From a virus: a DNA stretch of 38,460 bases. The stretch is from the IMG/VR virus record IMGVR_UViG_3300024432_000008. One strand, given 5' to 3'. This document shows, in pieces, positions 24,898-33,483 of this stretch. Under the pieces are notes generated by a model. It did no database searches. It was not told where the DNA came from and saw only the letters and a program-made list of their open reading frames with translations. Position 1 is the stretch's first letter, and the number at the start of each line of letters is the position of its first letter. The position numbers and the translations under genes were made by a program.

Positions 24898-25980
24898 TCA
24901 AACATTCGCTTGTTCAAACACTTCAGGACGTTTTGCCCGCATTTCATCAAGCGTCAAAGGCTTGAAATTCTTATCCAGACTCAATCGAGCAAATTCATCA
25001 ACTGTTAAACCCCCGTTTCTTAACAATTTTCCCCTAGTTGGGCCAATTACAGAATTCTGAAAAGCAGCGGATTGCGTTTTTAACCACTGGTAGTATGTCA
25101 TATCCGCAGATACTTGTCCAATCTTTTCCTCACCAACTGCTGGACGCTTCGCATCCACATCTAAAAAATCAAATCGCTCATCCAGGACAGCAACCGTTGT
25201 TGATCTACAATTTACATGTATAGGAGGCAATGGACCTTTCCCAATCTTAAATTCTTGACCGTCCAATCCTCTGCATTGTGAAGTTGTGCGACTATCTAAT
25301 GTAGAAACCCACTCATACCCTTTCACCACATCATCATTTTCTTTCATTACATCAGTACGCGCAACACTAGCCACATGTTGGACAGCCGTACGAACAATGG
25401 CCGCATTATCACGATTTATTCTTACTAATTCCCCATTTTTAAATTTTTGCTGTTTAGTACCTCTAATGGCTATAACCATTTGATTTGTAGTTCTACCCTG
25501 TGCAAATCCTTGCTGAACTATGTTGTTCACACGATTAATACTCGTTTCGGCCCAATCTTTAATAAAAGGCTGTAACAAAGATTTACCTGTTAGCCCTTGC
25601 ACCGACAAGGGTACTACCCTGGCAGATACTAGTAGCTGAGATGATGCAGGTATGACTGATTCAAAATTTCTAACTGTTTTATCCAACGCCTCAGATTCAA
25701 ACTCAGCTTGATCAATAGTGATCTCTTCTAAATCAGATCTTAATAAATCAACATATTCTAGATAAATAACATTTTGAATCTTTGTTAAATCAGAAATTAA
25801 AATTTGCAATCTGCGCTTACTAATAATTGTCTCACCTTCGAATCTCAATCTATTAGTAACATCAACAGATAATTCTCGCAAAAATTTTGCAAACTTCTTA
25901 TGTTCACCTTGTTTTAATCCTTCAAGCAGAACTTGATTTCTAATTTCAATGTTTTTTAATTGTTCCTGTACAATTGCCAT
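24898..25980 (-). CDS. minor head protein, Mu F / SPP1 gp7-like
   Basis: WVSTLDSRTTSQCRGLDGQEF and PPIHVNCRST are typical of the Mu F-like domain. Lies downstream of the portal gene. Confidence 0.8.
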   Translation of the reverse strand: MAIVQEQLKNIEIRNQVLLEGLKQGEHKKFAKFLRELSVDVTNRLRFEGETIISKRRLQILISDLTKIQNVIYLEYVDLLRSDLEEITIDQAEFESEALDKTVRNFESVIPASSQLLVSARVVPLSVQGLTGKSLLQPFIKDWAETSINRVNNIVQQGFAQGRTTNQMVIAIRGTKQQKFKNGELVRINRDNAAIVRTAVQHVASVARTDVMKENDDVVKGYEWVSTLDSRTTSQCRGLDGQEFKIGKGPLPPIHVNCRSTTVAVLDERFDFLDVDAKRPAVGEEKIGQVSADMTYYQWLKTQSAAFQNSVIGPTRGKLLRNGGLTVDEFARLSLDKNFKPLTLDEMRAKRPEVFEQANV

Positions 25981-25993
25981 TAACCATGCCCAC

Positions 25994-26227
25994 CTAAAAA
26001 ATATATGAAGACATCACATCAACAAGATCAACAAGATCACTATGATCCATATGTGTTGATCTCAACAATACATTATATTCATAAAACATCCAAAAAATCA
26101 ATATACCAATCAAAACAAACACCAACCTATTTTTTCGACCTTTATAATACCCTGAAGCCATTAGCATTATCAACATCAAAGTTATCAAACTAACTATACT
26201 ATAAATTAATATATCCATTATACTCAT
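25994..26227 (-). CDS. small membrane protein (two TM segments)
   Basis: Hydrophobic runs ILIYSIVSLITLMLIMLMA and LVFVLIGILIFWMFY, with an acidic C-terminus. Confidence 0.5.
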   Translation of the reverse strand: MSIMDILIYSIVSLITLMLIMLMASGYYKGRKNRLVFVLIGILIFWMFYEYNVLLRSTHMDHSDLVDLVDVMSSYIF

Positions 26228-26307
26228 CTCATCATCACCAAAAGAAAGGACTAACTATAACCCAGCATAATTCAAATAAAATAATATACCAAATAAACTT
26301 CTTTATA

Positions 26308-27756
26308 CTACACCACATCAGCTAAATCAATAGTAGATAATTCACCATTAACTTCTTCTTGCAATTCATCTAACTTTTCATCAATTGAAATCACTTTAGA
26401 TATTTGTAATTGTTCTCTCGCAATTCTAGCAGGATATAACCCAGATTGCCATTCCACAATTATCTGCTGTCTCTCTTGAGGAGATAATTTGATGTCAAAG
26501 AAATTACTATTTAACTGATACTCCCCATCAAAATCAACATTCAAAAATCTAGCTACCCAATTCAACGATTTAGTATACCCATTGGAAACATTTGTTCCAA
26601 TGACCGCCAACATTGATGTATCCGCTGCCCTTTTGGTTCTAACCGCTTCTGCTGTCTCCGTACCTCCAGAATCCGAAATCAATTGTGCCCCAAGTGCTAT
26701 CATTTGTTGTTCTTTGTTTTTAGCTAAATCATTCGCTAATACATTCGGACTAGGTTGTACAAATTCAAACTTGCCACCCGTCCCTGTTACTATAATTGAT
26801 GATTCCCCAAACTTCTGAACTGTCGAAGTTTTGTTATTTGGATTAGCTAATACATTTTTATAATTATCATCAGCTATATGAGGTGTTGCAGCAGACAATT
26901 GAAATGAACTATGCTCTAAATCTGCACCATTTCTATAATGTCCAATATTGATCCTAGCTACAGATTCCAACGGCAACGGATCTACTGATAAATCATTATT
27001 CTCTGAACCAATGACCACGAATGGAATTTCATCGAAGACATTTCCTGCACCATCCAAAATTTCAAATTCTTCTTCCGGTTCATCTTCACCCTCAATCCAT
27101 AACTGTTGAGTATATTTATTATCCGTTAAACGTAAAATTCTAAAACGTTTCTTAATCTCTTTTTTAATCCTCATTTCATCAACAAAATGTGTAAATGTTT
27201 CCGTTAATACTATTAAATTGGGTTTGGTTAACCCATTGATAGCTGATTCATCCCAATCAATAATATCTAATACTCTATATCGCTTAACAAATGGCCTTAA
27301 ACCATTGGAGACATCAGCAACCGTCGTAACACCACCACCTTCTTTAATCGGCATGTCAGTCAACAACCCATGTCGCCCAACCTGAATCACTTCTGAAGAC
27401 ACAGCATGTGATTGTTGATTTATCCCCATACCATTTCCATCAATATCAATTTCAACATATTCCATCATACTCGGTAATTCTGGGATAATCGGATCTATTC
27501 GATATAACATACCCAGAAGACCAACTAATGTTCTGCCCGTTGCATTATAAAATACTGCTGATTTACGATAACTCGCATTCAATCGCCTATTATATTCTGA
27601 TGTGTCAAGAGAATTAATAACTCTTAAATATGTTCCTGGCTTTTCATTATCTCTTTTTTTCAGTAAAAATTCTCCGCCAACCACATCATATACCAATTGT
27701 ACACGGGGGAGATTTTCCTGATATTCTTCATTTGGTGTGATTTCGTGCCATTTCAT
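26308..27756 (-). CDS. portal protein
   Basis: 482 aa directly downstream of the large terminase and upstream of the MuF-like gene. Confidence 0.75.
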   Translation of the reverse strand: MKWHEITPNEEYQENLPRVQLVYDVVGGEFLLKKRDNEKPGTYLRVINSLDTSEYNRRLNASYRKSAVFYNATGRTLVGLLGMLYRIDPIIPELPSMMEYVEIDIDGNGMGINQQSHAVSSEVIQVGRHGLLTDMPIKEGGGVTTVADVSNGLRPFVKRYRVLDIIDWDESAINGLTKPNLIVLTETFTHFVDEMRIKKEIKKRFRILRLTDNKYTQQLWIEGEDEPEEEFEILDGAGNVFDEIPFVVIGSENNDLSVDPLPLESVARINIGHYRNGADLEHSSFQLSAATPHIADDNYKNVLANPNNKTSTVQKFGESSIIVTGTGGKFEFVQPSPNVLANDLAKNKEQQMIALGAQLISDSGGTETAEAVRTKRAADTSMLAVIGTNVSNGYTKSLNWVARFLNVDFDGEYQLNSNFFDIKLSPQERQQIIVEWQSGLYPARIAREQLQISKVISIDEKLDELQEEVNGELSTIDLADVV

Positions 27757-27765
27757 TTCAAACTC

Positions 27766-29052
27766 CTAAATTGACAACTGGTAACCTATAATTGTCTTTG
27801 GTTTATTAATTGGATACATTTGATTAATAAAATATCCTCCAGCATCAAGCATATGATCATTACCACTTGTTTTATCTGGTAATCCTGACTTATCATAATT
27901 TTGTTGTTCAAGGTTCTTTGTATATTCTGGACATTTAATAGTATTAACCTTATATCGACGTTTGCCATCAACTGTTAAAAACAATCTATTCATTGCTTGC
28001 ACACGATCTTTAATACGAGGATTCAAACTATCATAGACACAAGCATAACCCGCCATATCTATTTCTGCAATATCCGAAATAGAAGCATTAACACTTTTTC
28101 TACTTGTACCCGATGCATCAGGATAAACAGATATTCTATAGCCTTGATAACGCTCTTTTAAAATAGCTATCATAGCTGGGGTATCATAAGCTCCAACTAT
28201 CTCATCCACTGCTACAGGATTATTATTATCTCCAACCACGTGAACTACCGCAGACATATTTGTAACATTGAAATCCATTCCAATATGCAAATGTTGATTA
28301 GGTTGAATAATCACATTAGAATGATTCAATATCCTATCAAACATATTATAAACAGACCCACTTGTCAAATTAACAAACTGACCATTTATATAGGCGTTAA
28401 CTAACTCAGGTGAATATGTTTCCTCTAATGTTGAAATGTAATCACCTGGTAAATACTTAGCATTCTCATAAGTACTAGCCTGAACCATTGAATATGATTT
28501 CGTTGGATTATCAGCAAATAAATTATAAACATGCTTGAAACCTTCTGGTGTTGTCGTAACCCCTATAACTGTTTTATGTTCAATAGACCCACGTCTTCTA
28601 GCTATTATCTTATTCCAAACCTTACTTTGTTTTTCTATATTAGGTAACAAATCAATTTCATCAACAAGAGCCCGTGAAAATTTAAAACCTACAATGGAAC
28701 TAGGATTATCCATAGATCTACAAATGATACTACCATAATAATATGGGCCTCTAAATAAATCAACCTCTCTATTTGCCACCTTAATATTGCACGTAAATCC
28801 CAAGATTCTTCCCGCCTCCTCAATCGTCGGATAAAAGACATCCCTTATATTGCCATATGTAGGTCCAAAGTAGGCCATAATCACACGTGGGTGGACTGAA
28901 GCGAAGTTCAGAAGATCCAGACAACCAACAAACGTCTTACCGCTCCCATATCCACCTACATAAGCTTTAAACGGTGTAGTTAATTCAGTCAAGTAGATAC
29001 TCTGAGGATAACTCACAGAGGGATTAATTATATCAAAAATTGAACTACCCAT
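27766..29052 (-). CDS. terL: terminase large subunit
   Basis: Walker A GGYGSGKTF, Walker B ALVDEIDL, and a C-terminal nuclease-like HIGMDFNV. Confidence 0.9.
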   Translation of the reverse strand: MGSSIFDIINPSVSYPQSIYLTELTTPFKAYVGGYGSGKTFVGCLDLLNFASVHPRVIMAYFGPTYGNIRDVFYPTIEEAGRILGFTCNIKVANREVDLFRGPYYYGSIICRSMDNPSSIVGFKFSRALVDEIDLLPNIEKQSKVWNKIIARRRGSIEHKTVIGVTTTPEGFKHVYNLFADNPTKSYSMVQASTYENAKYLPGDYISTLEETYSPELVNAYINGQFVNLTSGSVYNMFDRILNHSNVIIQPNQHLHIGMDFNVTNMSAVVHVVGDNNNPVAVDEIVGAYDTPAMIAILKERYQGYRISVYPDASGTSRKSVNASISDIAEIDMAGYACVYDSLNPRIKDRVQAMNRLFLTVDGKRRYKVNTIKCPEYTKNLEQQNYDKSGLPDKTSGNDHMLDAGGYFINQMYPINKPKTIIGYQLSI

Positions 29053-29054
29053 TT

Positions 29055-29561
29055 CTATTCACCAATTGTCATCTTGACATCTTTAACAGGCGGAGCTACA
29101 ACGTAGCTAATGCTCAAAGATGGTGCCGGTGCTGCATCGTCATGCTTCCCCTTCACCAACTCCGCCTCTGGCTTCCACTCATCAGGTCTTCTATTATACA
29201 ACCATAGCTTAATAGCTGCAACATTCGGAGCTACCTTTTTTTTAGTTCTAATAATCCTAACATTGTCATATTCATCAACATTTTTAGTTCTAGTCCTCTC
29301 AGTATAACCTGTTGCTACCTGATACAACGAACGGACTACATTTGAATCATATTCATCTTTAGTAAAATCAAGTGCATCTGAAAAATCTGGATACATAGTC
29401 TTCCAAAGATAAAGCGAACTTACATTAATTTCGTAGAATTTCGCAACTTCTTCATGGGTATAGCCCATGATGATCAAATTGCGTGTCTGTTCAATCATCG
29501 ACTTCTTATAGAGAGTCGGTCTACCTTTCTTCTTGTGCTTCCTTCTCAATTTTGGGCTCAT
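29055..29561 (-). CDS. terS: terminase small subunit (HTH)
   Basis: Basic N-terminus KLRRKHKKKGRPT followed by an HTH-like GYTHEEVAKFYEINVSSLYLW. First gene of the late arm, upstream of TerL. Confidence 0.7.
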   Translation of the reverse strand: MSPKLRRKHKKKGRPTLYKKSMIEQTRNLIIMGYTHEEVAKFYEINVSSLYLWKTMYPDFSDALDFTKDEYDSNVVRSLYQVATGYTERTRTKNVDEYDNVRIIRTKKKVAPNVAAIKLWLYNRRPDEWKPEAELVKGKHDDAAPAPSLSISYVVAPPVKDVKMTIGE

Positions 29562-29573
29562 TATCTTAACCTC

Positions 29574-29591
29574 TAATATGAATTCATATTA
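29574..29591. promoter_or_regulatory. 18-bp perfect palindrome TAATATGAATTCATATTA between the late promoter candidate and the TerS RBS
   Basis: Perfect dyad centred on GAATTC. Lies between the -10 element (29604..29609) and the RBS GAGGT (29572..29568). Confidence 0.5.
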
Positions 29592-29603
29592 TATTTAGAG
29601 ATC

Positions 29604-29632
29604 AATATAAATCAAACAAAATAGAATGTAAA
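29604..29632 (-). promoter_or_regulatory. sigma70-like late-arm promoter candidate
   Basis: The minus strand reads TTTACA (29632..29627), 17-nt spacer, TATATT (29609..29604). Confidence 0.4.
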
Positions 29633-29718
29633 GTTTAATCACATTGGATATATACAATAGGTATGTTGCGAGGTGGCTATCAGAATTCCTGAATGTCTAA
29701 CATCCGTTAACACCTAAA

Positions 29719-29767
29719 CATTAGCACTCCTTAACATTTAGACAATTAAGCATTAGCACTCCTTAAC
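29719..29767 (+). repeat. 17-bp exact direct repeat CATTAGCACTCCTTAAC x2, 32-bp period
   Basis: Copies at 29719..29735 and 29751..29767. Confidence 0.9.
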
Positions 29768-29804
29768 GTTGATTCCACAGCATCAAGGTTGATCTCATAG
29801 CATC
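29768..29804 (+). repeat. 17-bp direct repeat GTTGATnnCAnAGCATC x2, 20-bp period
   Basis: Copies at 29768..29784 and 29788..29804, 14 of 17 positions identical. Confidence 0.75.
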
Positions 29805-29838
29805 GAAACAGGTTAAAAACTCAAGAACGGCATAGGTT

Positions 29839-29882
29839 GCCACAGGTTTGCCACAGGTTTGCCACAGGTTTGCCACAGGTTT
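29839..29882 (+). repeat. 4 head-to-tail 11-bp iterons GCCACAGGTTT
   Basis: Exact copies at 29839, 29850, 29861 and 29872. Confidence 0.95.
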
Positions 29883-30154
29883 TGTGAAAATCTAAAATCC
29901 CAAAATTCCCACAAAAATCAATGACTTGGACGCTTCTTTTTTTAAATGCCACAGGTGCCACAGGTTTTTTTTGTACCTTTTCTTATAAAAAAAGACAAAA
30001 AAATAAAAGATAGTAAGTTATAGTAAATTATAATAAGTAGTAGATGTATATATAGGAAAGGTAGGAAAAACCTGTGGCACCTGTGGCATTGATATTTTCT
30101 TCAAGTTTAAGATGTTGTAATTATTGGAATTTTGTCGCCACAGGTTTGGAAATC

Positions 30155-30198
30155 AAACCTGTGGCAAACCTGTGGCAAACCTGTGGCAAACCTGTGGC
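30155..30198 (-). repeat. 4 head-to-tail 11-bp iterons in inverted orientation (AAACCTGTGGC)
   Basis: Exact copies at 30155, 30166, 30177 and 30188. Confidence 0.95.
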
Positions 30199-30247
30199 AG
30201 TCGATTTTGGCTACAATCAAGATACATATGTGAAAGAATTCTTTACG

Positions 30248-30276
30248 TTGACATAAACCTTCATTCAAGGTAAGAT
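30248..30276 (+). promoter_or_regulatory. sigma70 consensus-like early promoter
   Basis: TTGACA (30248..30253), 17-nt spacer, TAAGAT (30271..30276). The RBS AGAGG precedes ATG 30313. Confidence 0.55.
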
Positions 30277-30312
30277 GGTGTCAATTTAATTCACCAAACT
30301 TTAGAGGTACTT

Positions 30313-30501
30313 ATGAACATTTTAGATTCACAGATAACCAGTAGGGTAAACAAGGAAATATTGAGTAAATTCAGACACATAGCGTCGGAATTGGACAAGA
30401 GACCGCAGCAACTACTCAGAGAATTAATTGCAGCGGTCGTAGACGATAGGATCAAGATAGCTCCGACAAAACATAAATATCACAAGAACATATATTCTTG
30501 A
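30313..30501 (+). CDS. small DNA-binding protein, ribbon-helix-helix-like (tentative)
   Basis: 62 aa, first gene after the early promoter and origin. TSRVNKEILSKFRHIASELDKRPQQLLRELIAAVV fits a beta-strand/helix/helix pattern. Confidence 0.45.
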   Translation: MNILDSQITSRVNKEILSKFRHIASELDKRPQQLLRELIAAVVDDRIKIAPTKHKYHKNIYS

Positions 30502-30563
30502 TAACATGTTGCAATCGTTGAGATTTAGGCGTAATAATTCCAACATAATCAAGGTTGAAACCA

Positions 30564-32843
30564 ATGCAGACGATGGCCCAGATTCGAGCAGCGGGGTTGG
30601 TATGTTTTCCCTGTAATGCAGATAAGAGTCCACGAGTGAAAAATTGGAAGGATTCAAGTACTTACATAGGGAGAGCAGATACGCAGATCGGAGGGTTAGC
30701 GGTACCGCCAAATGTGGTAATCATTGATTTAGATTTGCATAAGGGTATTACGCGAGCGGATGCAGCCAAGATACTAGGATGCACGATACCTTGGGACGAG
30801 ACGTTGATACAGCGCACGAAGAATGGAGGTGAGCATCATGCGTTTAGGATTAATTTTGAGACATCACAAAGATCTGGAGATCCTATAAAAGGATTTGACA
30901 CCAGGGTTGGAGGTAAGGGGTACATATGTTTTGGGCAAGGCTATACCCCTGATGGGGAAGGCATTTTGAGGTTAGCTGATGTTGCTTCGTTGCCTGAGTT
31001 GCCAGTGGAGGCACGTGCGGTACTGGAGGATAAGAAGGTTGGACCTATCAAGAAGTTTAGCGGTCCAGATATTGAGATTGACGACAAGAACCTGATTAGC
31101 GCGTTGAAGAGCATAGATCCGCATGATGGTCGTACCACCTGGATACAGGTTGGAATGGGCTTACAGGCGGAATTTGGGGACACTAAGAGTGCATTTGAGT
31201 TATTTGATAGGTGGAGTCGAGGTGATTTGTGGGAGACGGTAGGGATTCCGAAGAATTACAAGGAGTCTACGCAACACCAGCAGTGGCAGTCGTTCTCATC
31301 TACTGGGAACACGAAGATAGGAACGATATATCATCTGGCGAAGAATGCAGGATGGAAGTGGGTGAAAGAACCGCTGAAGATTGAGAAAATTTCAGAAGGG
31401 CTTGGTCCTTCGGTTCCGTTGCCACGATCAAAGTTTGATTTTGGTATTGAGATTATCCATGTGGATAAGATTCCGATAAGTGAGATACCTCCGTGTCCTG
31501 ATGGTTCTGATGGTAAGCCCCGGACATATTCACAGGATGCGGCGGCATGTTTGATATTGGGAGGTAAGTATCGCGGTCGAATTATGGACATTAACAATAG
31601 TATAAGATGGTGGTCGGGTCGGGAATGGGAGCCGATGAGTGAGCAGAATTTAAGATATTTCATAATAAAGTCGTTACCACCTGGAAAATACCGTAATCGT
31701 GCTTATTATTCTGGAGTTTATGAGATATTATTAGTCAATTTGCCACCTTCACGGGAGGGTAGGTATGATAAGCATGTATATTTTAGGAATGGATATGTAG
31801 ATTTATCAAAAAACGAATTCAAACCACATAGGATGGAGAATTTAAATCTAGGTACTCTTGCGGTAGATTATGATGAACAGTCGAACCTCAACACGCCTGA
31901 GTGGGAGAAGTTTTTAGTATCGATATTTGGATCATTGACTGATGAGAGGGTGGTATTGTTACAGGAGGTATTTGGATGGTTGATGATCATACATAATTTA
32001 GGTATTGAGAAGTATATCGCGCTAACAGGGGTAACCAGGGCAGGTAAGGGGGTGGTATTAAGGATTTTGATGGCGATACTTGGTAGGATTTTTTGTGGAC
32101 CTATCAATTTTAGTTTGTTGGGAACGGTACAGGGGCATTCTACATTGTGGAGGTATAATGTAGTTTGTGATTCGGAGGCGAAGATGCCTAAGAGAGATGA
32201 ACGTATGCAGGCGTTAGATACGTTGCAGAAGGTGACATCGAATGAGGTGTTGAGTTCGCGGCGATATTATGAAAATGACAATTTGGAAGGTATGGTAAAT
32301 ACCAAGTTAATTTTGGCGTGCAATAGATTCCCTGTGTTCTCAGATGACAGTGGAGCATCTGCGAGCCGCGTTGTACCGATAGTGTTTGATAGAAGTTTTT
32401 TAGGTAAGGAAGATACGCATTTGGTAGAGAGGTTGAAGAAGGAGATAGTCGGAATTTCGCATTGGTCACTTGCAGGGTTGCGTAGATTGTTGTTGAACGG
32501 TGGGAAGTTTACGCTACCGGAATCGACTATGCAAGCGGTAGATGATTTACTAATGTCAACAAAGATATTGAGTGGTTATGTTGAGGATGAAGTTGTATTT
32601 CATCCAGATGCTATGGTTTTTATTGCAGATTTATATAAAGTGCATGGGGTTCATTGTGAAAAGACGGGTGCTAAGAAAATGAGTCAGATTGTATTCAGTA
32701 AAGCGTTGAAAGATACGTTACTTGGTCGTGGTCTTAAATGGACAACAATTCGTATTGGTAAAATCAAAAAGCGTGGGGTTGTTGGAATTAGATTGAGGAA
32801 TCCAATAGGGATGGATATACCGGCATCACCAATACCTATGTAG
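30564..32843 (+). CDS. bifunctional AEP primase-polymerase / SF3 (D5/P4-like) helicase
   Basis: AEP motifs VVIIDLDLH (DxD), GGEHHAF (sxH) and GFDTRVGGKGYI. Walker A GVTRAGKGV, Walker B VVCDSE. ATG 30564 lies 9 nt after AAGG (the track start is TTG 30555). Confidence 0.85.
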   Translation: MQTMAQIRAAGLVCFPCNADKSPRVKNWKDSSTYIGRADTQIGGLAVPPNVVIIDLDLHKGITRADAAKILGCTIPWDETLIQRTKNGGEHHAFRINFETSQRSGDPIKGFDTRVGGKGYICFGQGYTPDGEGILRLADVASLPELPVEARAVLEDKKVGPIKKFSGPDIEIDDKNLISALKSIDPHDGRTTWIQVGMGLQAEFGDTKSAFELFDRWSRGDLWETVGIPKNYKESTQHQQWQSFSSTGNTKIGTIYHLAKNAGWKWVKEPLKIEKISEGLGPSVPLPRSKFDFGIEIIHVDKIPISEIPPCPDGSDGKPRTYSQDAAACLILGGKYRGRIMDINNSIRWWSGREWEPMSEQNLRYFIIKSLPPGKYRNRAYYSGVYEILLVNLPPSREGRYDKHVYFRNGYVDLSKNEFKPHRMENLNLGTLAVDYDEQSNLNTPEWEKFLVSIFGSLTDERVVLLQEVFGWLMIIHNLGIEKYIALTGVTRAGKGVVLRILMAILGRIFCGPINFSLLGTVQGHSTLWRYNVVCDSEAKMPKRDERMQALDTLQKVTSNEVLSSRRYYENDNLEGMVNTKLILACNRFPVFSDDSGASASRVVPIVFDRSFLGKEDTHLVERLKKEIVGISHWSLAGLRRLLLNGGKFTLPESTMQAVDDLLMSTKILSGYVEDEVVFHPDAMVFIADLYKVHGVHCEKTGAKKMSQIVFSKALKDTLLGRGLKWTTIRIGKIKKRGVVGIRLRNPIGMDIPASPIPM

Positions 32844-32850
32844 ATGCCGG
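32820..32850. terminator. hairpin between convergent genes (weak bidirectional terminator candidate)
   Basis: CCGGCATC (32820..32827) pairs with GATGCCGG (32843..32850) across a 15-nt loop that spans the primase stop. There is no clear U-tract. Confidence 0.3.
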
Positions 32851-32858
32851 TATAAATA

Positions 32859-33116
32859 TCAATTCAGAATATCTGTAATGGGTGTATTTAGAATTTTCTT
32901 GTTATTAGTCTTTTTGGCGAATGTAATAACAAGTTCCCGAATCTTCATAATTCCGCCAAAGTGATGTTTAACAAGTGATTTACTACAGTTTGCCTCTCTA
33001 GCTATATCAATAAGAGTCATTCTAAACAATCCTTTTTCATGGACACAGCGAAGAATACAAGCGAAAAGCAAATCACGGCGTTCGTGTTGAGACATATACT
33101 TATTTTCTGTAAACAT
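32859..33116 (-). CDS. small TetR-type HTH-only DNA-binding protein
   Basis: RRDLLFACILRCVHEKGLFRMTLIDIAREANCSKSLVKHHFGG matches the TetR N-terminal HTH pattern. ATG 33116 is preceded by AGAGGA. Confidence 0.55.
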   Translation of the reverse strand: MFTENKYMSQHERRDLLFACILRCVHEKGLFRMTLIDIAREANCSKSLVKHHFGGIMKIRELVITFAKKTNNKKILNTPITDILN

Positions 33117-33483
33117 TATGGAATTCCTCTTGATTTTTAACAAAACTACCTATCCCTGAGTTTTGTTTAACAATATTGATGAAATTTTGTTGGGCTTGGT
33201 CATTTTTATTTTTGAAATCAAATTTCCAATCAGGGTTTTTAATTTCAAGGGCTGTAAACACACCATAGGTATGACCACATGGGCACTTTATAGGTGTTAT
33301 ACCTATTAGATCGGAACTTTTAAATACGGTATTGATTTGATGTGAATCATTACCGAGTCCAAAACGTATGGGTGTTCCAGTAGTTGGATTTGGTAGCGTT
33401 CCTGAATTATTTCGCATAAGAAAAGAGTTAAATTTGGATAAGGAATGAATTCTTATCCATGATAGTAGCTGTCGTTCTGTCAT
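33100..33483 (-). CDS. VRR-NUC (PD-(D/E)xK) nuclease
   Basis: SSDLIGITP...GVFTALEIKNPD fits the D...E.K core. Lies directly downstream of an SF2 helicase, as is typical of phage VRR-NUC genes. Confidence 0.6.
   Translation of the reverse strand: MTERQLLSWIRIHSLSKFNSFLMRNNSGTLPNPTTGTPIRFGLGNDSHQINTVFKSSDLIGITPIKCPCGHTYGVFTALEIKNPDWKFDFKNKNDQAQQNFINIVKQNSGIGSFVKNQEEFHNVYRK

Larger units (their letters stand above)
29839..30198. other. candidate replication origin: mirror-image iteron arrays around an AT-rich core
   Basis: 4x GCCACAGGTTT (29839..29882) and 2x GCCACAGGT (29948..29965) followed by T8. Then an AT-rich ~100 bp. Then 2x ACCTGTGGC (30070..30087), one forward unit (30137..30147), and 4x AAACCTGTGGC (30155..30198). 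The dyad centre is near 30018. Confidence 0.65.

Noticed and set aside
29839-30198. Possible CRISPR array, based on short exact repeats at regular spacing
   Set aside because: The GCCACAGGTTT units are only 11 bp and directly abut with no spacers. The two arrays are mirror images around an AT-rich core, and no cas genes are present. Iterons of an origin fit better. The same logic excludes the 18-bp (36133..36270) and 6-bp repeats, which are in-frame coding repeats.
32859-33143. TetR-type HTH protein as a lysogeny repressor, implying a temperate lifestyle
   Set aside because: It is an HTH-only fragment-sized protein at the end of a helicase/nuclease operon. There is no integrase, excisionase, divergent cro-like partner or attP-like site, so the evidence is insufficient to call a lysogeny module.
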